This document shows positions 1 through 9,558 of a stretch of DNA of 51,139 nucleotides, in pieces. The translations under genes were made by a program, and so were the position numbers. Each line of letters opens with the position of its first letter. The first letter of the stretch is position 1. The DNA is from a virus (Duplodnaviria; Heunggongvirae; Uroviricota; Caudoviricetes), in IMG/VR virus record IMGVR_UViG_2744054912_000002, one strand, 5' to 3'. The notes beneath the pieces are model-generated. The model searched no databases and was not told where the DNA came from. It was given only the letters and a program-made list of their open reading frames with translations.

Positions 1-182
1 CATTCGTGGGACAGTATCCCTGACAGCCTACAAAACGCAATTGAAGAACGCGAGGCATCGTCTTAACGAGGCACCGAGGCGTCGCATTCTTCAGATGGTT
101 CAACCCTTAAGTTAGCGCTTATGGGAGAGATCCCCGCCACTCTTCGTGTGTCAGGTATCCTCAATGCACCCTTTCCTCTCCA

Positions 183-208
183 AATAAAAAAGCTCCCGAA
201 GGAGCTTT
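183..208 (-). terminator. Rho-independent terminator-like hairpin downstream of the leftmost structural gene
   Basis: Stem agctcc / ggagct (191-206) with cgaa loop; A-run on + strand gives a T-run after the hairpin on the - strand. Confidence 0.5.
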
Positions 209-227
209 AAAATACAAGGGATGACTC

Positions 228-737
228 TTAATCCCACTCAATCCAGTTGTAGACGATACGAAGTGACGGGCGCACAGCGGCAGTCACATCTTCGGTACTA
301 AAGTCGATTGCATCACTGTAGATTTTGCAGTCCAACATTTCAATTGTTGTAGCAGCTTTTGTCACAGCGTTAACCCCGGAAGATTTGGATTCAGGGGTAG
401 CAGCCATCGTGATATCAACATAGTCCTTCGCCGCAATGCGATCTTTAATGAACTGAAGAATATCGCCTTCGATAGTCTCCACGCACTGGACCTGGATTTC
501 CCCAGAGTTTCGAATTGGACCGTGCTGGTTGAACTTCACACCATTCGGACCATAGTCCTCCACATCCTCGCGGGTCATTTCAGGAATTTGCGACGTGCGA
601 ACCAGTACGCTGATATCTTCATGGCCTGCAAAAGTGAGCTGGAATTCAGAAGATACCAGTCGTTCGCCTTTGGCCGCGTTGGCAGTATAGCGGCCCTTAA
701 TAAATTTACGGTTTCCCTTAGTGTTATTGTGCCCCAT
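228..737 (-). CDS. Phage late structural protein (tail/baseplate-associated; bplB-like by position)
   Basis: 169-aa ORF, AAAGGA RBS before ATG, co-oriented and tightly packed with sheath/head genes; family not recognised with certainty. Confidence 0.5.
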   Translation of the reverse strand: MGHNNTKGNRKFIKGRYTANAAKGERLVSSEFQLTFAGHEDISVLVRTSQIPEMTREDVEDYGPNGVKFNQHGPIRNSGEIQVQCVETIEGDILQFIKDRIAAKDYVDITMAATPESKSSGVNAVTKAATTIEMLDCKIYSDAIDFSTEDVTAAVRPSLRIVYNWIEWD

Positions 738-748
738 ATAAAATCCTT

Positions 749-1330
749 TTACTGGAACGCCCGAACAATATCGGAGCTGTTATATATCGAAGAACCGGTC
801 AACTGGAGGTTGACGGTGTTTTTCAGGAAATGCCCATTGCTGTCCCTGGGCGCATCGAGATCGAAACTTATGTCCTGGATAGCGACATCAATGATGTTGA
901 TCCGGCGACCAATGTTTAGCGTCACACGCTCCGGGATTCGACCACCAATACTGGCATCTTTGAGTTCCGGGCTAATCATCGCTGACAATGCGGCGATAGC
1001 TCCTGAAACCTCCGTGAATGGGTCAAACAAAGCGATGAAAGTTACTGGCAGCGTGAAAGTCGGCGGTGTTCCCCCTTCCCAAACCATTAAGCTGTTCCAA
1101 CGAGCAACAGACGTTGTTTCAGTACCAACCTGCGCAAAACCACTGAAGGCACCAGCAACAGAACCCATGGACATACCAGTAAAAGGTGCTTCCCAATTCT
1201 GGGCCATGTTCATTGCCGCCCCCTGGCTGATATATCCGGTAACCTGGTACTGAGAGTTCGTTAAAGTAACTTTCAGAAATGGCGATACACCGTCAGCCTG
1301 GCTGTAAACCCCATAAGGTATAGGTGCCAT
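749..1330 (-). CDS. Phage late structural protein (pmgG-like by position)
   Basis: 193-aa ORF in the same operon; a hairpin (approx. 1336-1357) lies between it and the upstream gene. Confidence 0.45.
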   Translation of the reverse strand: MAPIPYGVYSQADGVSPFLKVTLTNSQYQVTGYISQGAAMNMAQNWEAPFTGMSMGSVAGAFSGFAQVGTETTSVARWNSLMVWEGGTPPTFTLPVTFIALFDPFTEVSGAIAALSAMISPELKDASIGGRIPERVTLNIGRRINIIDVAIQDISFDLDAPRDSNGHFLKNTVNLQLTGSSIYNSSDIVRAFQ

Positions 1331-1365
1331 TCAAGTTAAAGGCCGGAGTTCTCCGGCCTCCTCCT

Positions 1366-2181
1366 TTAGCCGAGGCGCTTACGGCGCAGTTTCATTGACT
1401 TTTTGCGGGCCAGTTTTGCCGCGCCGGTCTGGGCTTTACGACGCGCTTTTTTCAGCGCCGATTTTTGAGCCGCAGTCAGACGTTTTTTACGCAGGCGTTT
1501 ACGGATGAGTTTGATCTCACCGTTACGAACAACCTTCTTAAATGCTTCAGTCAGCATTTCATCAGAAGTGCCAGCAACAACAAACGCCGCTTCCAGTTCG
1601 TCACGGTCGTCGCTATCTAAACCAGCGATAGAGGCACCAACATCAGCAGCTGCGTCGTCGTCTTCATCGTCAGCCAGTGCTTCGATCAGGTCATCATCTA
1701 CACCGCATGCTGCGAGGAAGTCAGCAACATTTGCCCATGCTTCGTTATAGGCATCGTCCTGTTCTTCTGTAACTTCGGAGTCGTCGTCATCAGAGATACC
1801 AGCGATAGCCTGAACGAAACCATCAAGGGAGTCGAAAGTCAGATCACCGCTATCAGCCCAGGCGAAAACGGCGTCGGCCGCATCACTCAACGCATTCTGC
1901 ATAGCACTTCGATTTGCAGCTTCCAGAATCATCTGGTGCGCCTGTTCGACGGTCCATTCTTTACCGTCTTTCCCTTCCAGGATTTGCTCAGGAGCCGTGG
2001 CAGATGGAACGTTATCGTTAGTCTGTGCCGCCGGTTCCGGATTATTATTAATAACCGGATCTGTTGTCGGTTCGGCGCTTGCTCGGGCAGACTCCATCAA
2101 CTGCACAGGATCAGAGTTCAAAGCGAAACGAGACAGTCCATTCCCCAAAAATGCCCCGGATTGAAAAAAGTTTTTGCTCAT
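1366..2181 (-). CDS. P1 gene 21-like protein with acidic core (D/E runs) and strongly basic C-terminal tail
   Basis: 271-aa ORF, AAGGAAA RBS directly after the sheath stop codon; unusual bipartite charge distribution. Confidence 0.5.
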   Translation of the reverse strand: MSKNFFQSGAFLGNGLSRFALNSDPVQLMESARASAEPTTDPVINNNPEPAAQTNDNVPSATAPEQILEGKDGKEWTVEQAHQMILEAANRSAMQNALSDAADAVFAWADSGDLTFDSLDGFVQAIAGISDDDDSEVTEEQDDAYNEAWANVADFLAACGVDDDLIEALADDEDDDAAADVGASIAGLDSDDRDELEAAFVVAGTSDEMLTEAFKKVVRNGEIKLIRKRLRKKRLTAAQKSALKKARRKAQTGAAKLARKKSMKLRRKRLG

Positions 2182-2190
2182 TGTATTTCC

Positions 2191-3780
2191 TTACTTAATA
2201 AGCAGCGGTACGCCCTGGATACGACGGGCTACGCCAGTCGGGCAGCAGGCCCAGACTACTTCCCATTTATCGAATTCCGCCTGCGTAACTTTCAGCACAT
2301 ACGGTTCTGTACCGTCAGCATCAGGATCACGAGGAGCCACCAGAGCGCCGGAGGCGACAAAGCGATCTAAAAGTTTGGTCATCCCTTTAGTCAGGCCAGC
2401 CGCAGTAATACCGTCCGGGCTATGCTTCATCTGTCGGGCTAACTGGACAAAGAAACGGCTGATTGCATTCATCAGGGATGGGACGTGCTGGAAGTGCAGA
2501 TAGTTATCCTGCGTGCAGCAAGTTAAAGCATCGTCGATGATCATCTGGCCAGAGGTGCCAACAGATACTTTATTGAGACGGCCCTTGACCATTGCTTCTT
2601 CGTCCGGGGTATCTTCCGGATACAGCGGTTGAATTGACGCACGAGCAATGACGGCACGTTCTTCACCAGCCGGTGAGTAATGCCAACCGCCGACATCAGA
2701 GTTTTTCTTGACGCCACGAGCTTTCGCCGCATACGCCGCGCCAGACAGACCGAAGACCACACGGGATTGGGTCCATTTGTCTTTGCAGGAGAACGGGAAG
2801 TGATAGACAGCACAGCTTACATAATCGGTACCAAGTAAACCGGTATCTTCAACAGCAGAGAGCGCTTCCGTATACGTCAATGTCGGTTTGACATCAAAGA
2901 AGCCATCAATCAGGCGATCAGAACAGATATTACCTAACGCGGTGATCGCCGCATTGTCATAGCAACCCAGGCCGAGAACAGCGGTGTACATGTACGGCGC
3001 ATTGTTCAGCACCTTAACCGCACGCAGGTAGGCTTCGGTGGAGATTTTCGACTGATCGCCGTTGGTACCGCCAGTGAACGCCAGTGATTTTTTATTTGTT
3101 ACTTTCGCGGTCGAAATCAGCTCTTCATTAACAACCGCGCACAGATATTTAGAACGGGCTTCCAGAGCCGTAGGCAGATAACACAAGCGGCCCATGTCAT
3201 CTTTCGCTTCTTCCGCCAAAGACACAGTGTGTGTCTCCAGGGTCGTTACCACACCGAGCGAAGTCGTCTGGGTCAGTTTTAAGAGGAAGCGTTCATTACC
3301 TGCGCTGTCCGCTGTTGCCGTTTCGATGGTTAACTCACGGGTAGGTGAAATACACGGATCACCATCATCAACGTAGATAGCAAAGGCTTCGCCGCTATCA
3401 AGTTCAATTTCAGAACCGTATGGCAACGCACTGTAAGCTGGTTCGCCTGATTCATCGAACATAATAATCGGGAACTTCGCATCATCCGGAACAGCACGAA
3501 CAACATAACCAGACGTTTGCTGAATAGCTTCGTACACATGACGAATTGGTTCGAACTGTGAGCCGGAAGACGGCTTCAGCGGTTCGCCGAGAACATCTTC
3601 GTAATTGGACTCAGTAACCGCCAGAACAGTAAACGGCTTGCCACGCGCAAATACGCCAATACCAGCCCACAAGCTGCTATTTAATGCAACACCGGTAGAT
3701 AACGTCGCATCGGCATTGATCGGGCTAACCGCGACGCCGGATGCATTACCTAATGACTGTTGAATTGAATATTGAGACAT
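2191..3780 (-). CDS. Contractile tail sheath protein (P1 gp22-like)
   Basis: 529 aa, AGGGAAAG RBS, sheath-like composition and C-terminal region; position between head gene and downstream tail genes. Confidence 0.65.
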   Translation of the reverse strand: MSQYSIQQSLGNASGVAVSPINADATLSTGVALNSSLWAGIGVFARGKPFTVLAVTESNYEDVLGEPLKPSSGSQFEPIRHVYEAIQQTSGYVVRAVPDDAKFPIIMFDESGEPAYSALPYGSEIELDSGEAFAIYVDDGDPCISPTRELTIETATADSAGNERFLLKLTQTTSLGVVTTLETHTVSLAEEAKDDMGRLCYLPTALEARSKYLCAVVNEELISTAKVTNKKSLAFTGGTNGDQSKISTEAYLRAVKVLNNAPYMYTAVLGLGCYDNAAITALGNICSDRLIDGFFDVKPTLTYTEALSAVEDTGLLGTDYVSCAVYHFPFSCKDKWTQSRVVFGLSGAAYAAKARGVKKNSDVGGWHYSPAGEERAVIARASIQPLYPEDTPDEEAMVKGRLNKVSVGTSGQMIIDDALTCCTQDNYLHFQHVPSLMNAISRFFVQLARQMKHSPDGITAAGLTKGMTKLLDRFVASGALVAPRDPDADGTEPYVLKVTQAEFDKWEVVWACCPTGVARRIQGVPLLIK

Positions 3781-3840
3781 AACTTTCCCTGTTATGCGCC
3801 CCGCACGGGGGCGCTATGTTAAACGGAGAACTTCCCCTGA

Positions 3841-5568
3841 TTACTCAGAGTCACCGGCATCAATCGTGTCGCCGCTTATGAAGTTAAGCCCGCCTTTTTT
3901 GGCCATTGTCAGCGTTACACGAGTGAAGTAATCAGCGCCGTTGCGTGGGTGCATATCGTTGATAGCCGAACCCCACAGCGTGGTACGGTTGACCAGCGCC
4001 GGAGTGGTCGGATGCTGGAACGGGATGGCCGGGACAGCATCACCAGTCACGAAGCCTGCTTTACCCGGATTTTCATCACGGACGTAGCACAGCACATCCA
4101 TCGAGCTGAACTGAATGTTCTCTGTCGTTAAGTTCTTACAAATACCAGCAGGTACTTCGTACACTTTCACGTTACCGAACAGGGTACCGATGTAGTGAAC
4201 ATACGGAGTCTGGATATAGTCTTCGGCTGGCTGGAAGAAATCCTTCGGCAACTGTTTGAAGAAAGATGCTGCATCAGCACCAGCAAACATCCCCATCGCA
4301 CCAGAAGATTTAACGCGCTCAATAATGTCGCGATATACAGTCTGGAATTTGCCACGAATGATGGTTGCCCATACATCAAAGGACTGGTTAACCGGCAGAG
4401 CGATGTCAAAGGTGTCGTTCGCAAGAGTACGCCAGATCATGATGCGAAGACGCAGCATATCCTGTTCATGAGACAGGTATTCCTTCAGGGTGCGGAACTG
4501 TAGGGAACCCAGGTCCAGACCAAATTCACGCTGTGCTTCATACGCCGCCTGTACCGTGTGCTCAGCCGCGATAACGAACTGGCTTGGGAACAGGGTGTAT
4601 TTCTTCATTTCGTGGTTGATCAGCGGGATCAGCTCAGGAGCGGCTTCAATATTGATTTCCGTCTCAATTGCGATCTCAGTGCCTTTATCCGGCGCTTTGG
4701 AGAACGACAGGGCAATCTGACCAATGTTGTAGTTCAGAGAGCAGGTAACAGTGATTTGCTCACCAGCAGCATTAGTAAACGAGTGAAGTAGGCTGCCGGA
4801 ACCGTTATCAACAACAGACTTAATACGGTTAACGTAGATATTAGTGCGACCTTTTCGGATTGGTACATTCTGGCCTTCGAAGTCTTCCATCTTGAAGGTT
4901 GCGGTTTTGCTGGTGCCATCGGAGCTTGCCACCAGCACATAGCGGCGGCGTAACTGGCTGTACACACCGACGGATTGCATGTCCAGAACATCACCAGCAG
5001 CATAAGAACCAAAAGAGGAACCTGCCACGTTAAAGACTTCATAGATGTCGGACTGGTCACGCGTAACCGGAATGAAGGTACACGCATCAGCGGTAGCTGC
5101 CCCCAACTGAACAGGCAGGATCATCGCGAGGAATAAAGGCAGACGCATAACACCGTCAGAAACGCTCATCATCTCTGCTGCGACGGATTCCAGCATCGCT
5201 TTATTAGTGGCATCCATGCTATTGCGGGTGGACTCAATCAGGCAGTTTTCCAGCGTCTGGTGGCAGGAGGCCAGAATTTCCGGACGCGGCATAGATTTAT
5301 GTGCTGCGGCGTAGTCAGCCAGTGCACTTGCCCACGCTGTAGCGATTTGAGCGGTGGCATTATCAGAGATACCCGCAAAAACCGGGTCTTTACGTGCAGC
5401 TTCAAGGATAGATGCGGCACGCGCGGCATCATCTTTAATAAATTGGTTATCAGTACCGAACTGCGCAGTGCTTGCCCAGCCAAGCACAGCTTTAGAGCGT
5501 TTTGCGATATCTGCAATACGATTCTGGTATTCGCGTAAGTTACTCAATTTACTCTTCCTTAAACACAA
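3841..5568 (-). CDS. Major head (capsid) protein, P1 gp23-like; 5' end uncertain (TTG start in ORF track, alternative TTG about 20 nt downstream after AAGGAAG)
   Basis: 575-aa ORF immediately adjacent to the partition site, as for gene 23 in P1-family genomes. Confidence 0.6.
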   Translation of the reverse strand: MCLRKSKLSNLREYQNRIADIAKRSKAVLGWASTAQFGTDNQFIKDDAARAASILEAARKDPVFAGISDNATAQIATAWASALADYAAAHKSMPRPEILASCHQTLENCLIESTRNSMDATNKAMLESVAAEMMSVSDGVMRLPLFLAMILPVQLGAATADACTFIPVTRDQSDIYEVFNVAGSSFGSYAAGDVLDMQSVGVYSQLRRRYVLVASSDGTSKTATFKMEDFEGQNVPIRKGRTNIYVNRIKSVVDNGSGSLLHSFTNAAGEQITVTCSLNYNIGQIALSFSKAPDKGTEIAIETEINIEAAPELIPLINHEMKKYTLFPSQFVIAAEHTVQAAYEAQREFGLDLGSLQFRTLKEYLSHEQDMLRLRIMIWRTLANDTFDIALPVNQSFDVWATIIRGKFQTVYRDIIERVKSSGAMGMFAGADAASFFKQLPKDFFQPAEDYIQTPYVHYIGTLFGNVKVYEVPAGICKNLTTENIQFSSMDVLCYVRDENPGKAGFVTGDAVPAIPFQHPTTPALVNRTTLWGSAINDMHPRNGADYFTRVTLTMAKKGGLNFISGDTIDAGDSE

Positions 5569-5589
5569 GGCACTTGTGTGAATCCCTTT

Positions 5590-5810
5590 TCGGAAGAGAT
5601 TTTATTGAAAGTCACTTGTTGACTTTCTCGCTAAAAGTAATTTTTTAAATTTTTTGTGCGGGGGAGGGGGGCAAGTAAAACAGGCGTGAAACCGTGGGAA
5701 TTTCAGTCTGAAATTTTTCATGAATATCTATATATATCATATATTTATACATGAAATAGACGCGGGACATTTTAGACAGGGGAGGGGGCTAAAGCCGCCT
5801 CCCACCAGCG
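5590..5810. other. parS: parS-like partition centromere region downstream of parB
   Basis: Non-coding; perfect inverted repeat gaaagtca-cttgt-tgactttc (5598-5618), AT-rich core resembling an IHF site (5720-5750), two GGGGAGGGGG blocks (about 5663 and 5780), ATTTCA-type heptamers. Confidence 0.5.
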
Positions 5811-5813
5811 GGA

Positions 5814-6779
5814 TTATTCCCCAGCAGACATTTTCCCAATGATTTTTTTTATTGCTTCGTCAATTTCAGTTTGCACTTCAGACGGGAGTCTGGAGAACTC
5901 GTAGGCGACAACCCGTTTTTTCGGATCGGACTTCTTTCGGGCATATTGGCGACGGTCAGAGAAGTCTCGCAGCTTCTCAACCACCACAGATTTAACCGGC
6001 GCGGGCTTCAGGCTTTTGCTTTCCGCTTTGAAGATAGCCAGTATCTTCGCTTTATCCTCTTTCGCGCCCTCAGTCTCTGCAATTCGTTCGCGCACCGTAT
6101 CAACCAGCTCTTCAATCGGCACGCTTTTAGCGTTAGCATCCTCGGCGATCTGGAGCAGTAACTGGTAATCTGGAAGGGCGAGATCGCTGGCTACGGGGAA
6201 GACAGCAATCATCTCATCCGGCACCGCGGCAGCCTGGAAAGCTCGCGTCACTTTAGCCTTTGAGATGTTCTCAGCTCGGGCGATCTCTTCTTTGGTCATA
6301 TTCTTACCGTACATAACCTCGAAGCGTTTACCCAGCTCGCGCAGAGTGTGTTCGCGGGCTGTCTGGATATCAATGGCCAGCTGGCGGGCATCCGCCAGGC
6401 TGATCTCATCTTTCGTCACCAGAATCTCAAATTTCGTTTCATTGAAGATACACGCAGCACGGCGACGCGATCCGTCCAATACCTCAATGCGCTCCCCAAC
6501 CATACGACCGATAGCCGGGAAGAACTGTTGCAATTTAATGGTGCGGGAAATATCGCTTACCGACTCAGGGGTGAGCAGAGACTGATCGCGGCCGTTAACT
6601 GCCGGGTCAACGAACGTGCGCGACTCAATCTCACCACTCAGCACGACGGTAAGCAAGAATTTAGCCTGGCGGCCAGATTTTAGGGTAAAGGTTTTGGTGC
6701 CTTCACTGCCTTCAAGCATGCGAGCAAACTCGGAGCTATTCTTGCCCAGCACTCGTCCACGGGAAACTATTTTTTTCAT
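5814..6779 (-). CDS. parB: Partition protein ParB (centromere-binding)
   Basis: 321 aa; ParB/Spo0J-type motif EVLDGSRRRAA; immediately downstream of the Walker-type ATPase. Confidence 0.9.
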   Translation of the reverse strand: MKKIVSRGRVLGKNSSEFARMLEGSEGTKTFTLKSGRQAKFLLTVVLSGEIESRTFVDPAVNGRDQSLLTPESVSDISRTIKLQQFFPAIGRMVGERIEVLDGSRRRAACIFNETKFEILVTKDEISLADARQLAIDIQTAREHTLRELGKRFEVMYGKNMTKEEIARAENISKAKVTRAFQAAAVPDEMIAVFPVASDLALPDYQLLLQIAEDANAKSVPIEELVDTVRERIAETEGAKEDKAKILAIFKAESKSLKPAPVKSVVVEKLRDFSDRRQYARKKSDPKKRVVAYEFSRLPSEVQTEIDEAIKKIIGKMSAGE

Positions 6780-7987
6780 GCCGCCTCACCCCTAACAAAC
6801 TCAATTCGATCAAACACAGCCTTAGTGAAACGCTCGGCCTCGGTTCGTGCCTTCTTCAGCGCCTCTGCACTGCCTGGATACGATTGCGGGTTGGCACTGA
6901 TTACGGTGTCGAAAGACTCGCCGCATCGCTCAAAGCCATCCAGACGAGGCAGAGAAGAGTCCAGAATGTTGCTGGCGTAAACCTCACGCGCAAGGCTGTG
7001 TGATGTCTCGTGATCGCGCTTGCCGGTCATCTTCGACATAAAACCAATGCTGGCGCTCAAACGCGGTTCTACGCCTTCCTCCTCCAGTTGCTCCAGCATT
7101 TCTGGCAGACGGGTGAGATATTTCAGTGTTGAGTGGAAGTCAACCTGGGCTGGTGGGGTAGGGGTAAGCAGCAAATCGCTGGCCGCCAGACCGTTGAGCA
7201 GGAACGGATCCAGGTGTGGACCGGTATCAATAAAGATAAAGTCATAATCATCCGCAACACGATCAATGATATTGCGTCGAAGGATTTCGTACTGATTTTG
7301 TCCGGGAAGATGCTCTTCAACCAGCTCTTTCCATTGGCTGGCAACAAAGCCATCGTCGATAGAGGCTGGAATCACGTCTACGCCAGGAACGATGGTCGGA
7401 CGAATCACCTCTTTGCGTAGCGTCTCCGCGTCCAGGTCGTTCAGCATCGCCTGCGCGGCGGTTTCCAGGATGGAACCAATACTGTGAGTATGGTCGAGGA
7501 ACATTGTGCTGGATGCCTGAGGGTCAAGGTCAATTACCAGAATGCGCAGATCGTGACGCAGTAAATCCTGATGCACACGCAGAGCGTGCGCCAACGTGAC
7601 TGTGGAAACCGTTTTGGATACGCCACCCTTCAGGTTTACGACAAAAATAACGTAAGGCGATTTGTGAATGTCGCGATATTTGGGGATCTTACGGTGGGCA
7701 TAGATATCAATGACGTTCTGGATGGTCAGCGCGTACTGTTCAACGTTACCGACCTGTTTCTTGTTGAACTGGTACCCATCATCTTCCATCTCTTTGATGG
7801 CCTGCTCCACAATGCGGCGGCTCAGCTTCGGCAACTTTGCCACAGCGTTACGAGTGAACGTCTGATAATACTCGGTCTGATTGAACTCTTTGCGCTGATC
7901 TTCAATATCCTGACTCATGGCCTTAAGTAATGCGCTTGCACGAAGAGCTATGGTGCCGACACCGCCGTAATCGCGTTTCATCATCAT
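6776..7987 (-). CDS. parA: Partition ATPase ParA (type Ia, with N-terminal regulatory extension)
   Basis: 403 aa; deviant Walker A NLKGGVSKT; overlaps the parB start. Confidence 0.9.
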   Translation of the reverse strand: MMMKRDYGGVGTIALRASALLKAMSQDIEDQRKEFNQTEYYQTFTRNAVAKLPKLSRRIVEQAIKEMEDDGYQFNKKQVGNVEQYALTIQNVIDIYAHRKIPKYRDIHKSPYVIFVVNLKGGVSKTVSTVTLAHALRVHQDLLRHDLRILVIDLDPQASSTMFLDHTHSIGSILETAAQAMLNDLDAETLRKEVIRPTIVPGVDVIPASIDDGFVASQWKELVEEHLPGQNQYEILRRNIIDRVADDYDFIFIDTGPHLDPFLLNGLAASDLLLTPTPPAQVDFHSTLKYLTRLPEMLEQLEEEGVEPRLSASIGFMSKMTGKRDHETSHSLAREVYASNILDSSLPRLDGFERCGESFDTVISANPQSYPGSAEALKKARTEAERFTKAVFDRIEFVRGEAA

Positions 7988-8094
7988 CTCCTTATCATTT
8001 CGTATGAGTGAATTGTACGTTTGATTCTGCTACGTGCAACTTTTTTTGATTCGTGCGTCAATTATTGCATGTAAAGAAATGGCGATGAGGCTAT

Positions 8095-8382
8095 TAGATG
8101 TGTGCTGGAGGGATGATGCAGGACCAGAATGTGCGATAGAGGGAAGTCGCATTGAATTATGTGCTGTGGAGGGATCGCTGGTATCAAATATGTGTGCTGG
8201 AGGGAAAGGCAGAGAATTACATGTGCACTGGAGGGAAAAACGGATGGACAGATGTGTGCTGGAGGGAAAGTCTGGGCAAACTGCGGGGCGTCCCCCTCCA
8301 GCGCACATCAAAAACAGGAAATTGGACAAGCCTTCCCGGCAGCACACATTTTTTTAATGCAGCTTCCCTCCAGCACACACTT
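8095..8382. repeat. incA: incA iteron array (nine 19-bp RepA-binding repeats, mixed orientation)
   Basis: GATGTGTGCTGGAGGGAAA-like copies at about 8097, 8139, 8158, 8189, 8219, 8250 (one orientation) and 8292, 8330, 8364 (opposite orientation). Confidence 0.85.
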
Positions 8383-9241
8383 ATTCTGGGAGTTTCAGCT
8401 TTGGATTGCGAGAATGGACGATTACAAAACTTTCCCGGCCTTTCTTCTCAATTGAACAGTCGAGATAGCCGATTGTTTTAAGCTGTTCTATCGCTTTCTT
8501 AATGATACGGTTTTGCTCGCCAACAGCTGACTGCAAAGCCAGGCGCTCACGGATTCGGGCGAAAGATAGCGGCAACGGATTCTGCGGAAGGCTTTCGATG
8601 AAAGTGTAAATGGCTTGTGCAGCTTCTTTCTTCGGAAGGGCACGCAAGGCGTGGTGTTGCAACAGAACGCGATAATCAAGCTGGAACAGCTCCCAGAGCT
8701 TCGAATCGGCCTCCAGCTCTATCAGATCAAGGTCAGCATCAAAACGCCCGACCTTCAGCAGACCAGTCTGATAGCCGCCTTTAGCATCTTTTCCGCGCTT
8801 AAAAGCGATACCCTTGTTACGCAAGCGTCCAAGTGATTCATGAATGGTTAAACGCAGTTTCGCATCCAGACGTTTTGAGGGGAAACCACAGGCTTTAGCG
8901 AACTCCTGAAACGATAACTGGATGGTGTTTGAAGACAAGCCGTATTTGCTGAACGCGTAGATGACACCGATCCACGTTTTGAAATCAGTATCCATATCGA
9001 GTCGAGGACCGGTGATTTTAATATCATCGTAACCCTCGGCTTTAGCTATCTCCAGCTGGGAAAACGCTTTGGTGGCATCAATCTCTTTACTTTCTCCTTT
9101 GCTCTTTGATGGCTTCGGCACGAATACCCCCAAGCGCATCAACGCTACAGGCTGCACAGTGTTGTTTGAATTAACTGTTAGTTCTTTTGCCTTACTTTCA
9201 ATGTCTGCGTAAAGAATATCGGAGATAAAGGATTGATTCAT
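8381..9241 (-). CDS. repA: Plasmid replication initiator RepA (R replicon)
   Basis: 286-aa ORF flanked by iteron arrays on both sides; N-terminus MNQSFISDILYADIESKAKELTV matches my recollection of P1 RepA. Confidence 0.9.
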   Translation of the reverse strand: MNQSFISDILYADIESKAKELTVNSNNTVQPVALMRLGVFVPKPSKSKGESKEIDATKAFSQLEIAKAEGYDDIKITGPRLDMDTDFKTWIGVIYAFSKYGLSSNTIQLSFQEFAKACGFPSKRLDAKLRLTIHESLGRLRNKGIAFKRGKDAKGGYQTGLLKVGRFDADLDLIELEADSKLWELFQLDYRVLLQHHALRALPKKEAAQAIYTFIESLPQNPLPLSFARIRERLALQSAVGEQNRIIKKAIEQLKTIGYLDCSIEKKGRESFVIVHSRNPKLKLPE

Positions 9242-9294
9242 ATTACTTTTTCCGAATTATGTGGATAGTTTTTATAAGCGGTGATAACTACCCA

Positions 9295-9401
9295 GGCTTT
9301 CCCGTCAGCACACATCCTATATCCCGCCAGCACACATTAGCAACCCGTCAGCACACATTTTTATCCCTCCAGCACACATCGGTTTCCCTCCAGCACACAT
9401 C
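9295..9401. repeat. incC: incC iterons (five direct 19-bp repeats) within oriR / repA promoter
   Basis: Five cagcacacat-containing repeats spaced about 21 bp apart immediately upstream of repA. Confidence 0.85.
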
Positions 9402-9419
9402 GCGATACACTTCTAAGCC

Positions 9420-9525
9420 AGACGTGGCGCGGCCTGCAACGATCAGGGATCTATATGGATCTAATTGGGATCTGTATGGACCTAATTATTGGATCTATCC
9501 AGTGGATAATGTGGATAAGTGAAAA
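9420..9525. other. oriR: oriR core: GATC-containing heptamer repeats and tandem DnaA boxes
   Basis: Five GGATCT repeats (9425-9495) and tgtggataa x2 (about 9500-9520); another DnaA-box-like tgtggatag at about 9262. Confidence 0.7.
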
Positions 9526-9558
9526 CCGGCCAACAAAGCCGGTTGGAAGGAAGCTGTA

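Noticed and set aside
522-1253. 243-aa ORF on the + strand
   Set aside because: Entirely antisense to two tightly packed, RBS-supported structural genes on the - strand; no RBS.
1505-1750. 81-aa Ser/Ala-rich ORF on the + strand
   Set aside because: Antisense image of the acidic region of the gene 21-like gene; low-complexity artefact.
8030-8481. Several overlapping ORFs (98-109 aa, both strands) in the ORF track, and the possibility of a CRISPR-like array
   Set aside because: The region consists of 19-bp RepA iterons in mixed orientation with irregular 2-25 bp spacing; the ORFs are repeat-encoded artefacts and there are no CRISPR-type uniform spacers.
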